Below are positions 36,201 through 45,770 of a DNA stretch of 64,000 nucleotides, piece after piece (position 1 is the stretch's first letter; every line of letters starts with the position of its first letter). This DNA comes from Eledone cirrhosa (taxonomy: Eukaryota), in the NCBI GenBank assembly GCA_964016885.1, contig OZ024743.1, positions 3,224,001-3,288,000 on the forward strand. Direction: 5' to 3'. The translations under genes were made by a program, and so were the position numbers. The notes beneath the pieces are model-generated. The model worked only from the letters and a program-made list of their open reading frames with translations. It searched no databases and was not told the DNA's origin.

Positions 36201-39153
36201 AGATAAAGCCTTTACCACAAAAATACAATAGTATATATAGAGTAATGTAAATGTTAAAGGGTTAAGGACATGCTATTTTAAGATTTAGGACTTCAAATAT
36301 ATAGTATATGTTCTAAATATAGCAGGGAGTTTTTTTTAGAAAGCAACTGAATGGAATTGATTTTGATGATTTGACATATACTAATTGGGTGGTAGATTAG
36401 TGGTAAGCTGAATGATATATGTCATCATCATCATCACCGTTTAACATCCATTTTTCCACGCTGGCATGGGTTAGACGAGTTATCTTGTAAGCAATGCCAG
36501 GTCAGGTCACCATGTTATGCTCAAACAGAATCGATTTTGGCTTAGTTTCTATAGTTGGATACCATTCCTAGTGCCAACCTCATTTATAGTGAGTACTGGG
36601 TTCTTTTTGTTGTGACATATGTATGAGTAGTATTTGTTTGTATTTCAGTTTTGTATTCAGATGACTTTGAGGAATATATCACCACCAACAATAGCCTATA
36701 CAACAGTGGAAGCCTTATAGCAAGCCCATGTCATAACTACTTCACTCATTCCCATCAACTCTACTTTGTACAAAAACAAAAACAAGTGGTGATACAATGA
36801 CATCACAACTAAACATTCTAAATAACTCACACCAGCCTGCCCAGATATGTTCCCAAGGTGACTACAATGACTCCACAACCAATATCACATCACATGCAGA
36901 TTCACTAACCACAAAGCAAGCAAAACCGAAACTCTTCTCCAATCACCTAATATCACAAACACTATAGCGTTTCACCAGCCTCTTCTTTCTGTTGTCTGTA
37001 TATGTTTATGTATTTATGTATGTAACTAAAACGTAACGTACGTTACGAAAGGACGACTAAAGGATTTCAACTTGTTTTTTAACAATTGATGGTAGAAAAG
37101 ATTTCAAATTGTCTTAACTCGGGCAGCAACTCATGGTGTCTGACACTTTTACCGGCTACATAGCCTCTTCCATTTATTTTCAATACAACTTTTATAAGAA
37201 CTTGGTGTCTGGCAACTTGAGAGCAGTCTTCCATATATTAACATAGTCAATTACGACAATGAGACACTGCTCTCAACACCGACTGACTGGTCATTCTTAG
37301 AGAAACGAAGTCACGGAAATAAGAACTGGCTACACAGTCACAACACAAGTTAACTGTATTGAACATTGTCAATATCAACATTCGGTTTGTTTAACAATTG
37401 GAAGCAACTGTATTTCCATTTATTGAAGTGATATCTGTTTGTATATAAAAAATGTTTTCTCTCTGGGTCTCATATCCCACTACCCTTACCCTGTAAAGCT
37501 TATTTATTAGTGAGCAAAATCGACTGCAAACAAAGTGTTATGGAACAGGTCGGTGTATGAATTGAATTAATAGTTAACTGGTATAATTGTTTTTTTTTGG
37601 ATGGTGGAACGCTATAGCTTTAGACGTGTTCTTATGCCAGTCTCAGGTGAAAGTGCTTCCACTTTAGTGGTATTATCAATCAGCATGTGTTGCCAGGTAT
37701 TTATGCTACTGATGTGGCAATAGTTAACCACTGTCAGCTCTTCGTTGATCTCAATGATACAACCATTACACAGAAAACACCACAGAAGAGACGTGGAGTA
37801 GAATCAAAGAAAAATATCACGCCGTGCACGGGGCTACAATCTCTTTTCCACATACTAGCAGGAATTTTACAGCGTCGCTGTCATCAACAAAATGTTTGTC
37901 ATTTATGAAATGATTTTGACATTATCATCATACAGGGGTGATCGTGCATGGCATAATTAACTTTTACATTCATTACTATCCAATATAATCATTTTCTTTT
38001 AAACATCTACAAATAAATTCGAGTTTTATTGCCAATTATATTTCCCTTTTTTTCATGGTGCTCCAAACGAAAGATTACTCGATTATATTGACTTTTTTAA
38101 TTACTTTTTTCTCATAATTCATGAAATTACGTTCCTGTAGAAAATTTATTTTCATTTTTTTATCAACTTGGATTTCATGAACTTGGAAAGTACGATGAAA
38201 ACATTTTCAAGATTACATTTAGCATACTATACAAATCGAAAGTAAATTTTGTTTCTTTCATTCACTTTCACGATAAAAAAAAAAAAAGGTTATGAGGAAA
38301 CAGAATGTAGATGAAGAGTACTAAACTGAAAATATGCTTGTGTATGTATATATTATGTTGTAATTTATTTGGATAATATCGCATAGGAACTGTCACTCTT
38401 CATTTGTACGTAAGCAACATAGCTCCTTTTTACGATGCAGATATTGGGGGAGGTTACGTTCAGAAATTTAAAAATAAACCGAGAATGCAATGTCCCATGT
38501 CAACGGAATTACATTTTTGTGTCAATATAAATTGACTATCTACTGAGACCAAACATAATGATAGACTTCTATAAATATTATGCTTGAGAAAAATAGATTA
38601 GTTTTCATTTAGGAACCCATAATTAATATAACTGTTAAGTCAGCTGCTTGAAATGATGTCATCAATGTTTGACATTTGTTATACAAAACACTCTCTCTTG
38701 TGTACTGTTTCATAACTATAATACGATTTATAATGAAATACAAAGAGAAAGAAGTATTTAAAAAAAAACGTGGGGAGTCACTTAAGTGTTTATGTTGTTT
38801 AACCTCCAGATGAGCCCCAATAAAATAGCTCTATGATCAAAAGAATCCGACTATAAATATTCGGTCTTTTATTCAGACATTGAATATGGCAGTTAAGGTA
38901 CCATAAGAGTGTTTCTTTTTGAAAGGCGATAAAAGTTTTATTTAAGGAAGATTTAGCTGCTATTTATATGTATTTTGAATAAGTTCGTGAGAGAAAGAGA
39001 GTGTAGGTTATTATTTATACTAAAGGAAATTTTAGACATATATAGTGAAATGACTAACAATAAATATACTGATATTCAGCATAGCAATTTACTTACATTT
39101 ATTTGTCTATTTTGCGACAAATGGGAAACTGTTTTCCTTCTTGATGTCTCCAT
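784..39153 (-). CDS. HAUS6: HAUS augmin-like complex subunit 6, spliced gene (exons 1-19 in window, 3' end outside window)
   Basis: 19 GT-AG exons join with consistent phases into 621 codons. Recognisable HAUS6 N-terminal motifs: [80 protein letters not shown], and later [13 protein letters not shown]. Confidence 0.9.
968..1858 (+). mobile_element. Helentron/DINE-like non-autonomous element with an internal tandem array
   Basis: ACTAG start in (TA)n, subterminal hairpin cccggcgttgctcggg, 3' cacacactgagctttatagat. Confidence 0.55.
1244..1560 (+). repeat. 93-bp tandem repeat, about 3.4 copies
   Basis: tgtgttttctaaa(t/c)ttaagacagtaggga starts at 1244, 1337, 1430 and 1523. Confidence 0.9.
2003..2390 (-). 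mobile_element. Degenerate RTE LINE 3' fragment
   Basis: (GAT)n tail and degenerate RT C-terminal sequence related to the RTE at 28495-31494. Confidence 0.6.
2640..2977 (-). mobile_element. tRNA-derived CORE-type SINE
   Basis: A box tggcttagtagttagagc, B box gagttcgattctc, CORE-like ccttcagcaaggcactttatttcac. Confidence 0.7.
3045..3105 (-). CDS. HAUS6: HAUS6 exon 18 ([20 protein letters not shown])
   Basis: tttgtag/gtaagt boundaries, phase 0-1. Confidence 0.75.
3647..3833 (+). mobile_element. tRNA-derived Meta-domain-like SINE (many further copies, e.g. 41307-41495+, 46508-46670+, 47066-47245-, 56905-57090-, 57337-57466-)
   Basis: gagttcaaatccc B box and gcctttcatcc..cggggtcgataaaataaagtaccag core recurring across the window. 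Confidence 0.75.
5240..5555 (+). mobile_element. Expander/Rex3-like RTE 3' fragment (second copy 56240-56520 minus)
   Basis: Translates to [15 protein letters not shown]...[14 protein letters not shown] with stops. Confidence 0.65.
5692..5793 (-). CDS. HAUS6: HAUS6 exon 17 ([34 protein letters not shown])
   Basis: tttcag/gtaagc boundaries, phase 0-0. Confidence 0.7.
5903..6247 (+). mobile_element. tRNA-CORE SINE with V-domain-like body and RTE tail (close copy at 10797-11127)
   Basis: tRNA head, CORE, gttggtgttaggaagggcatccagc, (GAT)n tail. Confidence 0.75.
6290..7075. mobile_element. Two oppositely oriented RTE 3' fragments separated by (TA)n
   Basis: YGHVMRM..GRPQKTW on minus 6290-6520; SRPRKTWDD plus 3' UTR and tail on plus 6550-7075. 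Confidence 0.7.
7105..7420 (-). mobile_element. Short RTE-derived non-autonomous element (related to 48400-48570)
   Basis: ctaggagaagg..actc motif of RTE 5' UTRs; shared cccactctct...aaaagaagaa..tcaacatcattgg block. Confidence 0.5.
7455..10786 (+). mobile_element. Near full-length RTE-clade LINE (APE + RT), frameshifted
   Basis: [31 protein letters not shown] (endonuclease); [21 protein letters not shown] (RT); C-terminal C2H2-like motif; several stops and frameshifts. Confidence 0.92.
11127..12500. repeat. About 1.37-kb compound (TA)n/(TACA)n microsatellite
   Basis: Seen directly in sequence. Confidence 0.97.
12501..15512 (+). mobile_element. Degenerate RTE-clade LINE with PHD-like finger, 3' truncated
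   Basis: [47 protein letters not shown]; frameshifts; same family as 28495-31494. Confidence 0.92.
16003..16053 (+). ncRNA. Type I hammerhead ribozyme, U4A core variant, in a pLTR-like repeat (15560-16150)
   Basis: agttt CAGAAGA t ccc gttaa ggg t GAA agca..tgct T aaact: stems I, II and III all pair. Confidence 0.55.
16820..17750. repeat. 48-bp minisatellite, about 19 copies
   Basis: Unit tggcaccagcactaccaccttacagggtggtctgggtgcttttcattg; 16-aa periodicity in the ORF track. Confidence 0.93.
17782..17932 (-). CDS. HAUS6: HAUS6 exon 16 ([16 protein letters not shown]...AITDVKRK)
   Basis: ttacag/gtatga boundaries, phase 2-0. Confidence 0.8.
18783..18888 (-). CDS. HAUS6: HAUS6 exon 15 ([34 protein letters not shown])
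   Basis: tttag/gtaag boundaries, phase 1-2. Confidence 0.8.
20481..20583 (-). CDS. HAUS6: HAUS6 exon 14 ([34 protein letters not shown])
   Basis: ttttcag acceptor; weaker gtgtgt donor chosen because it gives the required phase 1. Confidence 0.7.
21588..21681 (-). CDS. HAUS6: HAUS6 exon 13 ([31 protein letters not shown])
   Basis: ttacag/gtgagt boundaries, phase 2-0. Confidence 0.8.
23137..23227 (-). CDS. HAUS6: HAUS6 exon 12 ([29 protein letters not shown])
   Basis: tttag/gtatga boundaries, phase 1-2. Confidence 0.8.
24706..24761 (-). CDS. HAUS6: HAUS6 exon 11 ([18 protein letters not shown])
   Basis: ttttcag/gtaagt boundaries, phase 2-1. Confidence 0.85.
25144..25190 (-). CDS. HAUS6: HAUS6 exon 10 ([15 protein letters not shown])
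   Basis: ttctag/gtaag boundaries, Y..GKL motif. Confidence 0.85.
25808..25981 (-). CDS. HAUS6: HAUS6 exon 9 ([11 protein letters not shown]...[24 protein letters not shown])
   Basis: catcag/gtaaat boundaries, phase 0-0. Confidence 0.9.
26327..26381 (-). CDS. HAUS6: HAUS6 exon 8 ([18 protein letters not shown])
   Basis: cttag/gtaagt boundaries, phase 2-0. Confidence 0.8.
27274..27354 (-). CDS. HAUS6: HAUS6 exon 7 ([26 protein letters not shown])
   Basis: ccccaag/gtaagt boundaries, phase 2-2, coiled-coil character. Confidence 0.8.
28495..31494 (-). mobile_element. 5'-truncated RTE-clade LINE with uninterrupted ORF (partial APE, RT, PHD-like finger), 3' UTR and (GAT)n tail; aacagt TSD
   Basis: ORF 28797-31559: [44 protein letters not shown]; aacagt at 28489-28494 and 31495-31500. 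Confidence 0.95.
31743..31912. mobile_element. piggyBac-type MITE (related copies 22772-22976 and 36050-36265)
   Basis: TTAA on both sides; TIR ccctttagcattta / taaatgctaaaggg. Confidence 0.75.
32006..32174 (-). CDS. HAUS6: HAUS6 exon 6 ([13 protein letters not shown]...AYTIWHKAA)
   Basis: ttctag/gtaag boundaries, phase 1-2. Confidence 0.85.
32397..32711. mobile_element. Tigger/pogo-type MITE (second copy about 50425-50758)
   Basis: TIRs cagtggaaactcggttcacga / tcatgaaccgaggttccactg followed by TA. Confidence 0.75.
33114..33240 (-). CDS. HAUS6: HAUS6 exon 5 ([42 protein letters not shown])
   Basis: cag/gtaat boundaries, SLFLSPGG motif. Confidence 0.9.
34085..34166 (-). CDS. HAUS6: HAUS6 exon 4 ([27 protein letters not shown])
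   Basis: ttgtag/gtaa boundaries, WP..D.....FRK motif. Confidence 0.9.
34871..34966 (-). CDS. HAUS6: HAUS6 exon 3 ([31 protein letters not shown])
   Basis: ag/gtatga boundaries, phase 2-2, conserved motif. Confidence 0.9.
35808..35935 (-). CDS. HAUS6: HAUS6 exon 2 ([42 protein letters not shown])
   Basis: ttcaaag acceptor, gtaagt donor, conserved LLGFD motif. Confidence 0.85.
37595..37880 (+). mobile_element. Degenerate Merlin (IS1595-like DDE) transposase relic
   Basis: Frameshifted MVER...LMPV....[12 protein letters not shown]...VNHCQLFVD...[10 protein letters not shown]. Confidence 0.55.
39097..39153 (-). CDS. HAUS6: HAUS6 exon 1 ([19 protein letters not shown])
   Basis: ATG at 39153, gtaagt donor, phase 0 matches exon 2. 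Confidence 0.7.
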
Positions 39154-39558
39154 ATTTAAAAAAAAAAATATTAATTGAACAGTTGAAAAATCCGCCACAC
39201 AAACTATACGGATGTAGATATTTTTATATAGCGATAAATACGCATTTATAGTTTCTTCTCAAATTTCATTATTAAATTTTAAGAAAAAAAAAAGAAAAAA
39301 GATTAGAAATTAAAGTAAATTAAATAAGTGATATGTTTCCGTTCAATCCTACAGTTTATTTTATATATTTGAAAAAAATATTTATAAAAAAATGTAGCAA
39401 CTATGATTATTACGAAGGATATACCACTGAAAATAAAACTTGTCTTCAAATATATATATATATATTGAGGGCAAATAAAATTAATTTATCCGAGATAAGT
39501 TGTTTTTTAGTACGTACATTCGGCTGGAAGTTGATTTTCAAATTATTTGTTTTTTCTA
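39154..39558. promoter_or_regulatory. Putative bidirectional promoter and 5' UTRs of HAUS6 and SDHAF4
   Basis: Divergent start codons 405 bp apart, no repeat recognised in the interval; inferred from the gene arrangement. Confidence 0.6.
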
Positions 39559-39616
39559 ATGTCAACAATGACGACACCGGTCAAATCTGTACTAAGACTC
39601 AGTTGTCTATGTCAAA
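39559..39616 (+). CDS. SDHAF4: SDHAF4 exon 1 (MSTMTTPVKSVLRLSCLCQ), mitochondrial presequence-like
   Basis: ATG, gtaagt donor, phase 1 matches the exon 2 acceptor; S/T/K/R/L-rich with no acidic residues. Confidence 0.75.
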
Positions 39617-40128
39617 GTAAGTTTTATATATTTTATACATTAATACACATATGCATATATATGTATATATATTTTATATGTATGCATATATACTTTAATA
39701 CTATTGGGCGCTTCTTTATTATAACTCAGCTTTTCGAATTGAAATAAACCTTACATAACCCTATCTCTAACTTATATAACGTTTGTTTCAGTTGAAATGC
39801 GGCCATAACGATGGACTCATTATTGTTGCTCAGTATATATCTGATATCTAGATATAACTAACATAATTCTCTGTAGAATATGTAAATATTACCTAGGAAC
39901 AATAATTGCGTAGTATTTGAAAAATAAGAAATATCCAGTCTCAAAAACAAAAGAAAACCACATTCAACTGAAGTGTTCTTCGCCTTGTATCTGAACGATG
40001 TAAACAATATCATATACATATATAATATATATAGGCATACATGACTTTTAGCGGTCGCAATAATGAAAGTAAATTTATTTTCATTTTCGAACGTCGTGTT
40101 TACATTTTGTGTGTTTAAACGAAACATG

Positions 40129-40410
40129 CTAGCGACGAAGCTTCTTCTTTGCACGGCTCCATGTGTTCTCTATGAGCTGTGTGTGCACATCAGGGTCCGC
40201 AGGATCTACAAAGTCCCGTTCGTGCACCACATCATGAACGTAAATCCCACCTTCAATTTCCTCAATTTCCGAATAGGAAGCCCAACCATCGGAGATGATG
40301 CGGCTGCCTGGCAAAATCCCTGCTGAATGATGGGGACGAGAGTGTCACAGCTTCGATTTGGGACTTCTACAAGGCAGCAGCGTCCAGAATGGCGGACTCA
40401 CCATTCTGCA
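40129..40410 (-). mobile_element. Merlin (IS1595/ISXO2-like) transposase fragment
   Basis: GRCCLVEVPNRSCDTLVPIIQ / LPGSRIISDGWASY...FVDPADPDVHTQLIENTWSRAKKK. Confidence 0.8.
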
Positions 40411-40464
40411 AACCTCATTACAAGATTACTTCGGTATTGAGTACTCTTCTCTCAACCGTCAACT

Positions 40465-40497
<33 letters not shown>

Positions 40498-40604
40498 ATC
40501 AGTTAAAACGACTTTCATTTTTCAGACCGTTAAAAGTCATGTATGCCTATATATATATATATATACAGATGTGAGAAAAACTACAGACCCTCCATCTCAA
40601 CTCA

Positions 40605-40642
40605 CCTTTTGAAAAGCAGAAGAACTGCGAAACCGGTAAAGG
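40605..40642 (+). ncRNA. Minimal type I hammerhead ribozyme, U3-A8 core variant
   Basis: cctt TTGAAAA gcag aagaa ctgc GAA accggt A aagg: perfect stems, palindromic stem III, GUA site. Confidence 0.7.
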
Positions 40643-40779
40643 AACCAAATAAATATATATATTTTTAAAAAAAATAAGACTCCAGTTGCATTTTCGATTT
40701 CATCTTTTTTTCTTTATACTTTCACTCGTGTAGGACACCTCGGTTATTTTTCATTTTGTAAAAAAAACCTCACTTTCTA

Positions 40780-40831
<52 letters not shown>

Positions 40832-41559
40832 GAGAGATTGATGACGATGATGAACGATTGCAGAAGTGACTATGGAAATTTCCTTTTCTTTATAACCTTG
40901 TCACCGGAATGTGGCCGGTCAGAATAAACTCGAACTTAAGAAACACACACATCTCGTGTGCAGACATTCAGTAAACCTTAAGTATATTTTTTCATAAAGT
41001 TCCAGATATCGGCCCAATTGTAGCCTATGAATCAAGGAGCTTTGTTTTTTCCTCCAAGTTTCGTCAAGACGGGTTGGTATATATCCTGTAACTCCAATAA
41101 TAGATATGAAATAAAACGTGCATTTTTTGGGTACTGAGTGAGGGAACTCCTCATTAGTGGGCCGTATATATTGTTCTCTTGTATTTTCCTTACTATATTA
41201 ACATCATGTGGGAAGCTGTCTTGTACAACAGCGTATTTTCAATATGTGGTCCCAAGTAACAATATCAGACTGCTTGTATAAATTTGGTGGCATTATGTAA
41301 GTTCAGGGCGGTGGATTGGCAGTATCGGTAGAAGGTCGGACGCCATGCTTTCCAGCATAGTTACGTCCCTTTACGATCTGAGTTCAAATCCCGCCGAGGT
41401 TTACTTTGCCTTTCATCCTTACGGGGTCGATAAAATAAAGTACCAGTAATGTACTGGGATAATTGCTGGCCTTGTGCCAAAAGTAGAAACAATTATGTAA
41501 GTTCATCATCATCGTTTAACGTCTGTTTTCTTTGCTAGCAAAGCTTTGATATGTATGCA

Positions 41560-43010
41560 TCCGATTACACACCAGAAATATCCAGTCCATAAAAGCAATA
41601 GATAACCTCAAATACACTACACGAAAACCACACATAATCAAATTGTTCTTTTTTCTTAGGCATTTATGTGAATGAATGCTGAGTAATTTCTGTGATGTAG
41701 GGAGAGATTGTAGAACATTTATCCTCAGACACACACACAAACACCCACAACAGAAATATAACTTCATAGTTTTCCTCAATGCAGACTGATCTGGGGCTAA
41801 ACAGTCATAACTCAAGCTAGCACTTTCAGGTTTCGAATCACATTGAAACCTGACTCCACAACAACAGACTTAAAGTAGCACCTACCAAATTCACTGTCTC
41901 CCTTCTTACCAGCACAATCAGAGAAAATCAAATAGGACCAACTATCACATTCAAAGATGAAAATATAGATGCACTAACATAGAGCAATCATAGGTAGTAG
42001 GTTTGGCCAGGAAAAAGAAACAACAATAATAATCTACAATCAATTATGGCCAATGCAGTCTTGCCTGGGCTGCTATTATCTTCACAATAAACTTCGAAGA
42101 ACACAAAACAATGCACTATATACACAAATGGCCGATACATTGAAAGAAAAGTGCTAAAAATGAAAGACTGGTTGTGATGCAAGGGACATAATTCATTGCT
42201 GAAGCAAGTTACATCTTCCACGTTCCCTACCTGAAAAACTACATATAATCACACAAACATACATACAGCACTCTAGAATTTCTTTCACTGTACCCAGATG
42301 ACTATAAAGAAGACATATATAGAAATAGCTGCAACACCAATAACTTCTCTGTGCTAGGAAGCACATCATCAATGATAAGTGTAGAGGAACAACAACTGAA
42401 TGCAGTTTGCCACCTCCACTACCAGAATTTATAGACATACAAATATAGCACAGGCAGAGCAGAGAGTGCAATATCTCCAAACTGTGTGGATATAATTATA
42501 AAATTATATCCACATACAGAAAAGATGTAATGCTCAGGCAAATCACAGAGGCAACAAATATAAACAAACTCCAACCAAAATTAAACAGAAAACATGAGTG
42601 GAATAGCAACATCACAACTAGTAATTAAGGACAAAATGAAGACATACTGACACACACACAAACCAAACTAACAAAACAAATCAGATACATACACAGATAG
42701 AACAAACAACCAACTAGTGACAAATAAATAAACACATTTATAAATAAATAAAAACACACACCTGGATGCACAAACTAGGCACACAACACACAAAAACAAT
42801 ATGATGTAGGACAGAACGAAGGAGAGACACACAAAATAAAAACCTAGTCACTGAGGAGGTCATAGAATGTGACGAAAGAGCTTTGACAATATATAAACAA
42901 CCTTCCGGTTATCGAACCAATCAACCAACCAACTGGAAATTTGTAATAAATTGAAGTGGAAACTAACAGGTGGATGTGTTTTTATTGGCAGCATGGCCCT
43001 ACCAAAGTAT

Positions 43011-43015
<5 letters not shown>
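41560..43015 (+). mobile_element. Degenerate Penelope-like element 3' portion with pLTR
   Basis: DVMLRQITEATNINKLQPKLNRKHEW (GIY-YIG C-terminus-like) near 42525-42600, followed by a hammerhead-bearing terminal repeat. Confidence 0.6.
42847..42887 (+). ncRNA. Minimal type I hammerhead ribozyme
   Basis: gtca CTGAGGA g gtca tagaatg tgac GAA agagct T tgac. Confidence 0.65.
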
Positions 43016-43047
<32 letters not shown>

Positions 43048-43334
43048 CATATATACATATGTGTGTGTTTTTAAAAGGTCTCATATTTCAGAATGGAGTA
43101 AGGCAATGAGAGTGAGAAAAGGCAAAACATGAAGAAAAAAAACTTAGCCAAATAAAAGAAAAACAACTTTTCTTAAGTTTTTTTTATGTATCACTTCATC
43201 ATCCATTCACATTGAATTGGTTTATCAACTCATTATAGTTAAGAAAACCAACCATATATTAAATTTCTCATTTAATCAATTAATATGCGATTAATAACTG
43301 AAATAATTAGGATATTTTTCATTTCTTTTAACAG

Positions 43335-43630
43335 AATTTCTTGGCTATTCTTACTCAAGAGCTCCTCCATGTGCTATGACACCATTTCGAGGACATTCAC
43401 ATGACTCAACTCATGCAGCGCCTTCTAAAAAGGGGAAGACCCCAACTGGAAAACTTGATGATCCTTGGTCTGACCTCACAGTAGACCAACAACCTACTAT
43501 AAAATATGAACCCCTAGAGAAGTTTCCCGATAACATTAACCCCCAGACAGGAGAAATTGAAGGTCCACGGGGACCTGAGCCAACTAGATATGGTGATTGG
43601 GAAAGGAAAGGACGTGTATCAGACTTTTAA
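43335..43630 (+). CDS. SDHAF4: Succinate dehydrogenase assembly factor 4, mitochondrial (Sdh8/DUF1674), exon 2
   Basis: ttttaacag acceptor; diagnostic C-terminus [30 protein letters not shown]; AATAAA at 43777-43782. Confidence 0.93.
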
Positions 43631-44199
43631 TTAGTATTTTGTGTGCAGATCTTTTAATGATAGGAAAAACATAAGCAAATTGAAATCTAAATAATATAGT
43701 CATGTTATTTATTATTAAAATCTACAACTCTTGTTTTCAAGAAATGATTAAATGATGTTCTTTGGAAGATTAGTATAATAAAAATCTTATTACATTATTA
43801 AGCTGAGCATTTTCAATTTTATTTTTATAAAAAAAAAAAAATTACATTACAGAAATTTCTTTTTCTTTGATGGCTGATTTGTTCCAGCTAGCTCTAACAT
43901 TGTAATAGGGAACTGAACATTTGAGAAAAACAGAAAGAATAACCTTCTGTCTAATATGAGGAGTAGACTTCAACCATCTTGTGGTTGATTATATGAGTTG
44001 AATTATAACAGCTCAAGTGTTTTATACCTGTTCCTAATGCATTTGAGGTAGTCATGTTCTGACTAACCTATGTGGTAATTGACAATTGAACATTTGAAAA
44101 TAATCTATCAACTATATCTCATCAAGTTGTATAAGAAAATATGAAGCATTAAGAAAAATAAAGAGCAAAAAATCTGGAGGGCCAATAGGAATTATGAGA

Positions 44200-45770
44200 G
44201 ATATGTTAAAAGCAGGGGAAAGAACTGGATGTGAAATTTCTCATCCCTCTATACAAGAGGAACAGCAATACTCTAGACTCTGCTTCATCTAGAGCAATTA
44301 AGTTAGAGGAACACGGAATTAAAGCATTAGAAAATAGAATAAAGGAAAAAAAGTGAAGATTAATTAAAGGCAGTTTGAAAGAGGAATGATATGTAATTCT
44401 TATTGTGAGGCAGTTACAGAAGTACAGAGTTTTTGTTCTTTTTTTTGAGATTGTTGATCTGGAGAAAGCTTTCCCTAGGTTTCCACATGAAGTAGTGACA
44501 TAGGCATTGAGAGACTTAGATGAGGAGGAATGGTTGCTTAGTGATGACAATTATGACAGCTTACACAGGCATAAAGAGAGGAACAGTGGTGAGTTTGAAG
44601 AGAAAGTATGGTGTTAACACCAATACTATTTGTAGTTGTGATGGAGGTATTAGTCTGAAACATAAAGGAGGGGATACCATGAGAGTTGCTGTACACATGA
44701 TCTCATGTTAGTAGCAGAGAGTATAGATGAACTGTAGCAGAAGAAAGGCATGGCAGTATCAAAGTGCATATTGAAAAGACAAAGGTGATGGTTAGAGATA
44801 AAGTATGATATGAGAGAAAGAACAGGAGTGGTATGAAGTATGCAGGAAGGGTATGGTGATGTAGTAGGTGGGACATCAAAAATATAATGGTGTGAAAGAA
44901 TATTAAATAATCTGACAGCTACATTTCAGTGTAAGTGTTGGGGGAGCTACATACAAAGAGGATGTTGAGCTGGATCTTGCGAATGGTGTGAAGATGGAAA
45001 GTATGAAAACATTTTGTTAGCTAGGAGACATGTTAAATGGAGAAGGTGGATCAGACTCAGTGACAGTAGCTAGAGTGAAATGTGCATGAAAGAACTTATT
45101 GGAAATATTTGGTGCATTGATGAGGGGTGTGTTGCTGAAAAGAAGGGAATGTGTATGCTCCATGTGAGAAATGCCATGATTTATGGGAACAAAACATGGG
45201 TGATGGATGTGGAGCAGCAGAGAAAGCTGAAAAGAACAAAAATGAGAATAGTTTGGTGGAAGACAAAACAATGAATTGCAGAGGTTGGAGGGGAAAAGAG
45301 CCAGTAATGGATGTTGTAATGAGAAATGGATCAAACTGGTTGAGGAAAGATAAAAATGACTGGGTGAGAGTAGTGACAGAAATAAGTGTGCAAGAAAGTA
45401 GAGGAAGGGAAGACAAAGCTAAAGATAATGGAAGAGGAAATGAAAACTAGGGGCTTGGTGCGAAGACGAAGATGATAGAGTAAAATGGAAAGCTTGTCAT
45501 GGGGTTCACATCCTCTGCATAAGTAAATAAAATGGCCTTAAAGTGCTTGAGACACTGTAAAGTGGGTGTCACGACAGAAAGCAACCAGCCCACACTGTAA
45601 ATGTGGTTGGCGTTAGGAAGGGCATTCAGGCGTAGAAAGCTGGCCAGAAACTTCTATATGAGCAAGGCACGGTCACTTGACTCGACTTGCCTCTAATGGG
45701 ACAACTCGTCTAACCCATGCTAGCGCGGAAAATGGACGTTAAACGACGACGTTGATGATGATGATGATGA
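44200..45770 (+). mobile_element. Highly degenerate RTE LINE with V-domain-like 3' UTR and (GAT)n tail
   Basis: IVRQLQK, VDLEKAF, F.YLGDML remnants; tail shared with 28495-28800. Confidence 0.7.

Noticed and set aside
42485-42514. Perfect 13-bp inverted repeat
   Set aside because: Lies within decayed Penelope coding sequence; AT-rich, probably a local template-switch product
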